64,000 bases of DNA, taken from the NCBI GenBank assembly GCA_023386795.1, contig JAEWJB010000178.1, positions 1,269-65,268 of the forward strand. The letters are read 5' to 3'. Made by a program: the position numbers and the translations under genes. This DNA comes from Pseudomonadota bacterium. Its GTDB lineage: Bacteria > Pseudomonadota > Gammaproteobacteria > Xanthomonadales > Xanthomonadaceae. The notes under the pieces are model-generated. The model was not told where the DNA came from. It made no database searches and saw nothing but the letters and a program-made list of their open reading frames with translations. Shown here one piece after another: positions 1 through 7,292 of the stretch (position 1 is its first letter; every line of letters starts with the position of its first letter).

Positions 1-1
1 C

Positions 2-199
2 GGAACGCCCGAACTGGCCAGCGTGCTGCACTCGCTCGAATCCGGCACGCCGGGGTTGTTCGTGGACAACCTCAACGTGCTGGCGCAGCGCGCCGCGCTC
101 TCGCCGGGCGACAGCGGCAACGGGCTGGACGTGACCTTCGATCTGTCCGGCTACGTGCGCCCTGGCGCAGTCGCCCCGGAGGTCGCGCATGCGCCCTGA
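2..199 (+). CDS. gspM: C-terminal fragment of a type II secretion platform protein (GspM/XpsM-like); 5' end lies outside the window
   Basis: Frame 2 is open from the window edge to TGA at 197-199 (...LNVLAQRAALSPGDSGNGLDVTFDLSGYVRPGAVAPEVAHAP*). It overlaps the next ATG by 11 nt. The call rests mainly on its position directly upstream of gspN-gspD. Confidence 0.45.
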   Translation, partial: GTPELASVLHSLESGTPGLFVDNLNVLAQRAALSPGDSGNGLDVTFDLSGYVRPGAVAPEVAHAP

Positions 200-977
200 T
201 GCGATCGGCATGCGAACCGGGTGGCGGGTGGTGTTCGCAGGGTGGGCGGTCACCGTCGCGGTGCTGGCCGGCCTGGGCATGGGCAGCCGCTTGCCGGCCG
301 ACGATGCACCGCTCGCAGCGCGGCCATTGCCGGCGATTCCGCCGCCGCCGGCACGTCGTCTCGGTGATTTCTCCACCTACGCCGCCGTCGCGCAGCGCCC
401 GGTGTTCGCCGAAGACCGGCGCCCGCATCCGTTCTTCCTGGGCGGCAGCGACACCAGCCAGGCCACCGGCCTGCGCCTGACCGGCGTGCTGATGACCCCG
501 CAGTTCCAGATGGCCACGGTGACCACCGACCAGGGCCGCTCGCTGCGCTTGCGCCTCCAGGGCGATGCGGTGGACGGCTGGCGCCTGCTCACGCTGTCGC
601 CGCGCAGCGCCACCGTGGAAGGGCCGGGCGGCGTGCGCACCTTGGACATGCAGGTGTTCGACGGCCGCGGCGGTGAAGCGCCAACCGCCCTGCGCGGCGC
701 GGGGCAGGCGAATGCGCCGCAGAGCCCGCCGCCGCCATCGAACGTGATGCCGGTCGCGGCCCCCCCTGCACCCATCCCGCCCTCGGCGGCTGCGCCTGTC
801 GTGCCGGTCGCGAACACCCCGGTGCCCGCCGCGCAAGGCACGCCGTCCGCGCCGCCGGCCCCCAGCGAAGACCAGCTCAAGGCGATCCGCGAACGCATCG
901 AGGCGCGTCGCCGCGCCTTGCAGCAGCAACAGAATCCGCAGCGTACCGGCGATGCCGCCGTGCCGAAGAACCCGTAG
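189..977 (+). CDS. gspN: Type II secretion system protein N (XpsN-like), single N-terminal TM segment, Pro/Ala-rich C-terminal half
   Basis: 262-aa ORF. It has an N-terminal hydrophobic segment (WRVVFAGWAVTVAVLAGLG), a conserved-looking core (AEDRRPHPFF...LTGVLMTPQFQMATV...GDAVDGWRLLTLSPRSATVEGPGG), and sits immediately before the secretin gene, as xpsN does. Confidence 0.65.
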   Translation: MRPDAIGMRTGWRVVFAGWAVTVAVLAGLGMGSRLPADDAPLAARPLPAIPPPPARRLGDFSTYAAVAQRPVFAEDRRPHPFFLGGSDTSQATGLRLTGVLMTPQFQMATVTTDQGRSLRLRLQGDAVDGWRLLTLSPRSATVEGPGGVRTLDMQVFDGRGGEAPTALRGAGQANAPQSPPPPSNVMPVAAPPAPIPPSAAAPVVPVANTPVPAAQGTPSAPPAPSEDQLKAIRERIEARRRALQQQQNPQRTGDAAVPKNP

Positions 978-986
978 AGTGCCGAC

Positions 987-3191
987 ATGACGTCACGCGT
1001 TGTCCTGATTTCACTCCTCCTGGGCCTGCTGGCCGGCTGCGCGAGCACGCCGACGCCGGACGTGCGCCGCGCGCCGCCCCAGCCGCCCCCGCGCACCGCG
1101 CCGGTGGCCACGCAAGACGCCGGTACCGATGCCGGCCCGCAGCCGGTGATCCGCCGCGGCAGCGGCGAGGTCATCAATCGCGGCGCGGCCGCGCGCCCGG
1201 CGCCGGCGCTGTCCGCCGCCAGCACCGGCGAGGCGACGTTCAATTTCGAGGGCGAGTCGTTGCAGGCGGTGGTCAAGGCCATCCTCGGCGACATGCTGGG
1301 CCAGAACTACGTCATCGCGCCCGGCGTGCAGGGCACGGTGACGCTGGCCACGCCCAAGCCGGTGTCGCCGGCGCAGGCGCTGAACCTGCTGGAGATGGTG
1401 CTGGGCTGGAACAACGCGCGCATGGTGTACAGCGGCGGCCGCTACAACATCGTGCCCGCCGACCAGGCGCTGGCCGGTACCGTGGCGCCGAGCACCGCAC
1501 CGGCGGCCAACGCGCGCGGCTTCGAGGTGCGCGTGGTGCCACTGCGCTACATCTCGGCCAGCGAGATGAAGAAGATCCTGGAGCCCTATGCACGGCCCAA
1601 CGCCATCGTCGGCACCGATGGCTCGCGCAACGTCATCACCCTGGGCGGCACGCGGGCGGAGCTGGAGAACTATCTGCGCACGGTGGAAATCTTCGATGTC
1701 GACTGGCTGTCGGGCATGTCGGTGGGCGTGTTCCCGATCCAGTCCGGCAAGGCGCAGGACGTGGCGGCAGACCTGGAGAAAGTCTTCGGCGAAAAGAGCG
1801 GCACGCCCAGCGCGGGCATGTTCCGCTTCATGCCGCTGGAGAACGCCAACGCGGTGCTGGTGATCACGCCGCAGTCGCGCTACCTGGACCAGATCCAGCA
1901 GTGGCTGGAGCGCATCGACAGCGCCGGCGGAGCGCCGCGGCTGTTCTCGTACGAGCTGAAATACATCAAAGCGCGCGAGCTGGCCGACCGACTGGCGGAA
2001 GTGTTCGGCGCCAGCACGCGCGGCGGCAGCGACAACGCCTCGCTCGCGCCGGGCGCCACGTCGATGCAGTTGGGCGATACGCTGGACTCGGCGAGCCTGG
2101 GGCGCGATGCCGGCAGCAGCCTGGGGTCGAACGGCAGCACCGGTTACGGCGGTGCCGGTGGCACGGGCAGCAGCGGCATCGGCACCGGTGGCGATTTCGC
2201 CCTCTCGCCACGCCAGAGCGGCAACGGCAGCGTGACGCTGGAAGTGGAAGGCGACCGCGTCGGCGTCTCGGCGGTGGAGGAAACCAACACCCTGCTGGTG
2301 CGTGCCTCGCCACAGGCGTGGCGCTCGATCCGCGAGGTGATCGAGAAGCTCGACACCATGCCGATGCAGGTGCACATCGAGGCGCAGGTGGCCGAAGTGA
2401 AGCTCACCGGCAAGCTCAGCTACGGCGTGAACTGGTATTTCGAGAATGCCGTGGACGCGCCGGTAAGCGAAGGCGGCGCGGGCCTGCCGAGCGCACTGGG
2501 GCGCAGCATCTGGGGCGATATCTCCGGCACCATCGGCAGCGGTGGCCTGGGCTGGACGTTCCTGGGCAAGAATGCGGCCGCGGTGATCTCCGCGCTCGAT
2601 GAAGTCACCGACGTTCGCCTGTTGCAGACGCCGTCGGTGTTCGTGCGCAACAACGCCGAGGCGACGTTGAACGTGGGCACCAAGGTGCCGATCAACTCGG
2701 TGTCGGTGAACACCGGACTGGGCTCGGACAGCACCTACAGCCAGGTGCAGTACCTGGATACCGGCGTGATCCTCAAGGTGCGGCCGCGCGTGACCCGCGA
2801 GGGCACCGTGTTCCTGGACATCGTGCAGGAGGTCAGCTCGGCCGGCGCGACGCCGGCGAGCTGTGATCCCACCAAGTCCACCTGCAATCCGCCCATCGAC
2901 ACCCGCCGCGTCCACACCGAGGCGGCGGTGCGCAGTGGCGACACCATCATGCTGGCCGGCCTGATCAGCGACCAGGACGAGAACGGCTCGTCCGGGGTGC
3001 CGTTCCTCAGCCGCCTGCCGGTGGTCGGCGCGCTGTTCGGCAAGAAGACGCAGAACGAGACGCGGCAGGAAGTCATCGTGCTGATCACCCCGACCATCGT
3101 GAAGGACGCCAACGAGGCCGTGCGGTTCAACGACGAGTACGGCCGCAAGTTCAGGACACTGGAACCGCTGTACACGCCCGCCAAGCCATGA
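987..3191 (+). CDS. gspD: Type II secretion system secretin GspD/XpsD with an N-terminal lipobox
   Basis: 734-aa ORF. N-domain motifs (FNFEGESLQAVVKAILGDMLGQNYVI) and a C-terminal secretin domain (VRLLQTPSVFVRNNAEATLNVGTKVP...GVPFLSRLPVVGALFG) are present. The signal peptide ends in LLAGC. Confidence 0.95.
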   Translation: MTSRVVLISLLLGLLAGCASTPTPDVRRAPPQPPPRTAPVATQDAGTDAGPQPVIRRGSGEVINRGAAARPAPALSAASTGEATFNFEGESLQAVVKAILGDMLGQNYVIAPGVQGTVTLATPKPVSPAQALNLLEMVLGWNNARMVYSGGRYNIVPADQALAGTVAPSTAPAANARGFEVRVVPLRYISASEMKKILEPYARPNAIVGTDGSRNVITLGGTRAELENYLRTVEIFDVDWLSGMSVGVFPIQSGKAQDVAADLEKVFGEKSGTPSAGMFRFMPLENANAVLVITPQSRYLDQIQQWLERIDSAGGAPRLFSYELKYIKARELADRLAEVFGASTRGGSDNASLAPGATSMQLGDTLDSASLGRDAGSSLGSNGSTGYGGAGGTGSSGIGTGGDFALSPRQSGNGSVTLEVEGDRVGVSAVEETNTLLVRASPQAWRSIREVIEKLDTMPMQVHIEAQVAEVKLTGKLSYGVNWYFENAVDAPVSEGGAGLPSALGRSIWGDISGTIGSGGLGWTFLGKNAAAVISALDEVTDVRLLQTPSVFVRNNAEATLNVGTKVPINSVSVNTGLGSDSTYSQVQYLDTGVILKVRPRVTREGTVFLDIVQEVSSAGATPASCDPTKSTCNPPIDTRRVHTEAAVRSGDTIMLAGLISDQDENGSSGVPFLSRLPVVGALFGKKTQNETRQEVIVLITPTIVKDANEAVRFNDEYGRKFRTLEPLYTPAKP

Positions 3192-4045
3192 GCGGCGCCA
3201 CGCCCATCGTCCTGCTGCCGGTCGGCACCGACGACCGCGCGCTGGACGCCTGCCTCGGCGCGCTGGAGACGGGTACGCCACCCGGCACGCCGGTATGGCT
3301 GGCCGACGATGCGCAGGCCGGCCCGCGTGGCGTGGCGGTGATCGAAGCCTGGTTGGCACGGACCCGGTTGCAGGCCGATTACACGCGGCGCGAACGTCCG
3401 ATCGGCGAGGTCGCGCACCTGGACGAAATGCTCCGCGCCTGTGGCGGCGCCGACGTCGTGGTGCTGTCTTCGCAGGCGCGTCCGCTGCCCGGTTGGTTGC
3501 GCCAGTTGGAAGCATGTTTTGCCCGCGATGCCGCCATCGCCAGCGCCACGCCATGGAGCAACGCCGGCGAGGCGGCAGCGTGGCCGCGGCTGGGGGAGAT
3601 CAATCCGCTGCCGGACGATGCCGAACGCCTGGCCACCGCCTGCGCCGCGATGCCACCACTGCACCCGGAGTTGCCGGCGGCCATCTGCCACGCGGTGGCG
3701 CTGCGCGGCAGTGCGCGCCAGCGAGCCGGCGGGCTGGATGCCAGCAGCTACGGCGCGTGGTACGCCGCGTTGATCGACCTGAGCCTGCGCATGGCCGGCC
3801 TCGGCTGGCGCAATGTGCTGTGCGAGACCGCGTTCGTCGCGCGCGAGGAAGAGGGCGTGCCCGCCGATGGCGACATGGATGCACTGGCCACGCGCTGGCC
3901 AGCCTGGCATTCGCGGCTGGCGGGGTTCTTGATGGAAGACCCGCTCGCGGCGATGCGCGCGCACCTGCAACGGATCTACCAGGGCACGCCGGTCGCCATG
4001 CCGCAGCGTGACCTGTTCGGCGACTCCCGGGGGAAAGAGGAATGA
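3188..4045 (+). CDS. Glycosyltransferase-like (GT-A/GT2-like) protein, possibly degenerate at the DxD position
   Basis: 285-aa ORF. Its ATG overlaps the gspD stop (ATGA). The layout is GT2-like (PIVLLPVG...ALDACLGAL...VWLADDAQ...ADVVVLSSQARPLPGWLRQL...ATPWSN), but SSQ sits where the downstream paralog has NPD. Confidence 0.5.
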   Translation: MSGATPIVLLPVGTDDRALDACLGALETGTPPGTPVWLADDAQAGPRGVAVIEAWLARTRLQADYTRRERPIGEVAHLDEMLRACGGADVVVLSSQARPLPGWLRQLEACFARDAAIASATPWSNAGEAAAWPRLGEINPLPDDAERLATACAAMPPLHPELPAAICHAVALRGSARQRAGGLDASSYGAWYAALIDLSLRMAGLGWRNVLCETAFVAREEEGVPADGDMDALATRWPAWHSRLAGFLMEDPLAAMRAHLQRIYQGTPVAMPQRDLFGDSRGKEE

Positions 4046-4884
4046 ATGCAGCCATCGCCGCGGTGGTGGTGACCTACCGCAGCGCGGCCACCATCGACGA
4101 GTGCCTGTCGCGCCTGCGCGCAGCCGCCGACGTGGCCGAGATCCGCGTGGTCGACAACGATTCGGACGACGACACGCTCAACGTCGTGCAGCGCCATGCC
4201 ATCGAGGATGCGCGCGTGCACTTCATCGCCAACCCGGACAACCCCGGCTTCGCCACCGCCTGCAACCAGGGGGCGGCGGATTCGCGGGCACCGTGGCTGG
4301 TGTTCATCAACCCGGACCTGATGGTGGCGCCGGATACGTTGGCCCAGCTGCGCGCGCGCGCCGAAGCGCTGGGCAAGCCCGCGCTGCTGGGCGTGGAGCA
4401 GGTGGACGAGCACGGCGAGCCCGATGGCGCGGTGCGTCGTCGCGACCCGGACTTCGCCGCGATGCTGCGTGCCCCGCGCCGCGGCGCGCAGCTGGCCGTG
4501 CCGGCGGACCCGGCGCAGGCCCTGCAGCCGGTGGAGGCCCTGTCCGGTGCGCTGATGCTGATGCCGCGCAGCCTGTTCGATGGCATCGGGGGCTGGGACG
4601 CCGGCTACCGCCTGCATGCCGAGGACCTGGACCTGTGCCGCCGCGCTCGCCAGGCCGGCGCGACGGTGGCGGTGGCCAACGACCTGCGCGTAGTGCACTT
4701 GCGCGGTGTCTCCAGCCGCTCGCGGCCGTTCTTCGTGGAATGGCACAAGCATCGCGGGCTGTGGCGCTACTTCCGCAAGTTCGAGGCGCCGCATCGCAGC
4801 TGGCCGGTACGCGCCGGGGTGTGGCTGGCGATCTGGGCGCATGCGGCCGCCCAGGTGCCGCGCCTGATGCGCCAAGCCGGGTAG
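4042..4884 (+). CDS. Family 2 glycosyltransferase
   Basis: 280-aa ORF. Its ATG overlaps the previous stop (ATGA). Typical GT2 signature: VVVTYRSAATIDECLSRL...VVDNDSDDDT...NPGFATACNQGA...LVFINPDL. Confidence 0.85.
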   Translation: MNAAIAAVVVTYRSAATIDECLSRLRAAADVAEIRVVDNDSDDDTLNVVQRHAIEDARVHFIANPDNPGFATACNQGAADSRAPWLVFINPDLMVAPDTLAQLRARAEALGKPALLGVEQVDEHGEPDGAVRRRDPDFAAMLRAPRRGAQLAVPADPAQALQPVEALSGALMLMPRSLFDGIGGWDAGYRLHAEDLDLCRRARQAGATVAVANDLRVVHLRGVSSRSRPFFVEWHKHRGLWRYFRKFEAPHRSWPVRAGVWLAIWAHAAAQVPRLMRQAG

Positions 4885-4935
4885 CGGCGCGGCGGGCAGG
4901 CAGCACGCACACGCCGGTCGCGCCATAATCCCCGC

Positions 4936-6120
4936 ATGATCATCACCTCGCTGCTCGACACCGACCTGTACAAATTCACCATGATGCAGGCGGTGCTGCA
5001 CCAGCACCCCGGTGCGCAGGTCGAATACCGTTTCAAGTGCCGCACGCCCGGCATCGACCTGGCGCGCTACATCGACGAGATCTCCACCGAGATCGACCTG
5101 CTGTGCGAGCTGCGCTTCCAGCCCGACGAGCTGGCCTACCTGCGCGCGATGCGCTTCATCAAGCCGGACTTCGTCGATTTCCTCGGCCTGTTCCACCTGG
5201 ACCGCAAGTACCTCACGCTGCGCCCGTCGCGCGAGGTCGAAGGGGAGATCGAGCTCATCATCCGCGGGCCGTGGCTGCACACGATCCTGTTCGAAGTGCC
5301 GCTGCTGGCGATCATCAACGAGGTGTGGTTCCGCAATACCAGCCAGCCGGATTTCGAGGAGGGCCGGCGCCGCCTGCAAGCGAAGATCGCACGGCTGGCG
5401 GCCCCCGGCTACGAGGAGTGCCGCGTGGCCGACTACGGCACCCGCCGCCGCTATTCCCGGCAGTGGCACGGCGAGATGCTGCCGCTGCTGCGCGAGGGCT
5501 GGGGCGAGCGCTTCGTGGGCACCAGCAACGTGTACTTCGCCCGCCGCTACGGCATGACCCCGCTGGGGACCATGGCCCACGAGTACCTGCAGGCCTTCCA
5601 GGCGCTGGGCCCGCGCTTGCGCGATTCGCAGGTCGCGGCACTGGAATCGTGGGCGCGCGAGTATCGCGGCGACCTGGGCATCGCGCTGTCCGACGTGGTG
5701 GGCCTGGATGCCTTCCTGCGCGACTTCGACCTGTATTTCTGCAAGCTGTTCGACGGCATGCGCCACGACTCGGGCGATCCGTTCGTGTGGGGCGAGCGCG
5801 TGCTGGACCATCTGCAGCAGCACCGCGTCGACCCGCGGAGCAAGGTGCTGGTGTTCAGCGACGGGCTGAACATCGAGAAGGTCATGCAGCTGTTCGACCA
5901 CTTCAAGGGGCGCTGCCGGCTTTCCTTCGGCGTCGGCACCCACCTGACCAACGACCTGGGCCCGGAACCGCTGCAGATCGTCATCAAGATGGTCCGCTGC
6001 AATGGACAACCGGTGGCCAAGCTGAGCGATTCGCCCGGCAAGAGCATGTGCGACGACCCCGGGTACCTGCGCTACCTGCGGCAGGTGTTCGAGGTCGAGG
6101 ACGCCCCCGAAAAGGGGTGA
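4936..6120 (+). CDS. pncB: Nicotinate phosphoribosyltransferase
   Basis: 394-aa ORF. The N-terminus is characteristic of PncB ([25 protein letters not shown]...VEYRFKCR), and the length matches PncB. Confidence 0.95.
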   Translation: MIITSLLDTDLYKFTMMQAVLHQHPGAQVEYRFKCRTPGIDLARYIDEISTEIDLLCELRFQPDELAYLRAMRFIKPDFVDFLGLFHLDRKYLTLRPSREVEGEIELIIRGPWLHTILFEVPLLAIINEVWFRNTSQPDFEEGRRRLQAKIARLAAPGYEECRVADYGTRRRYSRQWHGEMLPLLREGWGERFVGTSNVYFARRYGMTPLGTMAHEYLQAFQALGPRLRDSQVAALESWAREYRGDLGIALSDVVGLDAFLRDFDLYFCKLFDGMRHDSGDPFVWGERVLDHLQQHRVDPRSKVLVFSDGLNIEKVMQLFDHFKGRCRLSFGVGTHLTNDLGPEPLQIVIKMVRCNGQPVAKLSDSPGKSMCDDPGYLRYLRQVFEVEDAPEKG

Positions 6121-6305
6121 CGCGCAGCGGCGGTTTTTGCCGCACTGCGGCCTGTCCAGGTGATTTTTCGCAAGCCGATCGGGTAAAGTGCGATCGAATT
6201 CTCAATTGTGCACTGCACAGCGTCGTGTTTGGCACCGCGCTTGCATATGTTTGACCTGCACCGGGGGCATGATGCCCGGTGCACCCCACGCAGCACGGTT
6301 CCGGC

Positions 6306-6761
6306 ATGACTTCGTTCGATCCTTCAACGCTGTTTCGCGCCCGCGGCTGTTCCCGGCAGTGGCTCGGTTTCGTCCGTGCCCTGGCCGAGGAGTTCGCCGC
6401 CGAACTCCCCGACCACGAGCTGGCCACCCTGATGGCCCGGATCGGGCGTCGCTTCGCCCTGCGCCATCCCATCGGCGAATGCGTGGCGCTCGGCGAGGTC
6501 GAGGCCGCGGCCAACCGGATCTGGAGCGAGGTCGAATGGGGCCAGTGCCGCATGGAAGAGCAGGCCGGCAGCGTGGAGATCAACCACGCCGCCCCGCCGC
6601 TTGCCGTGGCCTTGACCGGCATGGACTGGAGCGACGGCTTCCTGGCGGGGGTGTACGAAGGGTGGTTCCAGCAACTGGGGATGCTGGCGGGGCTGGCGGT
6701 GAGCGCCGAGCGGCCGCCGATGCCGGACCTGCGCCGGCTGCGGCTGGCGCGGGCGGTGTAG
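6306..6761 (+). CDS. bcsD: BcsD-like cellulose synthase subunit D homolog (start taken at ATG 6306; the ORF track starts at GTG 6279)
   Basis: About 151 aa, similar to the ~156-aa Komagataeibacter BcsD/AcsD. By-eye alignment to that protein finds shared positions: F-x-x-L...E, L-x-x-x-GR, C-x(n)-N, WG, I-x-H...P, W...G-x-Y-x-x-W. It lies directly upstream of bcsA. Confidence 0.55.
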   Translation: MTSFDPSTLFRARGCSRQWLGFVRALAEEFAAELPDHELATLMARIGRRFALRHPIGECVALGEVEAAANRIWSEVEWGQCRMEEQAGSVEINHAAPPLAVALTGMDWSDGFLAGVYEGWFQQLGMLAGLAVSAERPPMPDLRRLRLARAV

Positions 6762-6788
6762 GCACGGTACAGATCATTGGGGACAGCA

Positions 6789-7211
6789 ATGAACGACAAG
6801 AACAAGCAAGTACAGGAAGAGGCCTTCGACGACGTCGACCGCCTGTTCGCCCGGCTGGGCAGCAAGGGGGCCGACGAGTACCGCGATTTCGTGCCAGGCA
6901 AGTTGCCGGCCCGCGAGCCGCGCGTCGTGGCCGCGCCCGAAGCGCCGGTCGAACCGGTGAAGGTGCCCGAAGCGAAGGCGGCGCAAGGCGCGGCCGAGCC
7001 GCCGGCATTGCCGGTGCCGCCGCCGCCCTCGCCGCCGATCCTGGCCTCGATCCGGCCGCTGCGGACCGAGACGGCACCGGTGCAGGTCCAGGTAACGCCG
7101 CGTCCGGCCGGTGCACCGGCAAACGAACTGGACGCGTTGTTCCAGCGCCTGCTGCAGGCCGATGCCGTGCCGGTGGCGGCCGGGCCGCTGCGGCGCATGT
7201 TCGGCCGCTGA
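6789..7211 (+). CDS. Proline/alanine-rich cellulose-operon accessory protein (BcsO/BcsP/BcsH-like class; family not resolved)
   Basis: About 140-aa ORF from ATG 6789 (the track starts at TTG 6777). It has a charged N-terminus (DVDRLFARLGSKGADEYRDF), a central run PEAPVEPVKVPEAKAAQGAAEPPALPVPPPPSPP, and a conserved-looking tail ELDALFQRLL. It is wedged between the bcsD-like gene and bcsA. Confidence 0.5.
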   Translation: MNDKNKQVQEEAFDDVDRLFARLGSKGADEYRDFVPGKLPAREPRVVAAPEAPVEPVKVPEAKAAQGAAEPPALPVPPPPSPPILASIRPLRTETAPVQVQVTPRPAGAPANELDALFQRLLQADAVPVAAGPLRRMFGR

Positions 7212-7292
7212 TGCGGCAGGCCGGGCCCGGGTCCGGTGGACTGAAAGATCGGCGCGAGCGCGCGCCACGGATGCTGTCATAAGGAACGATTG

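Noticed and set aside
1011-3554. An 847-aa ORF antisense to gspD. Similar very long antisense or out-of-frame ORFs occur at 3976-6009, 6774-9422, 10175-11782, 12936-17255, 25555-27168, 29606-31363, 45760-47445, 47412-49100 and elsewhere.
   Set aside because: Their translations are Arg/Ala/Gly/His-rich low-complexity strings, typical of stop-codon-poor GC-rich DNA. Each lies opposite or out of frame to a gene with clear family signatures.
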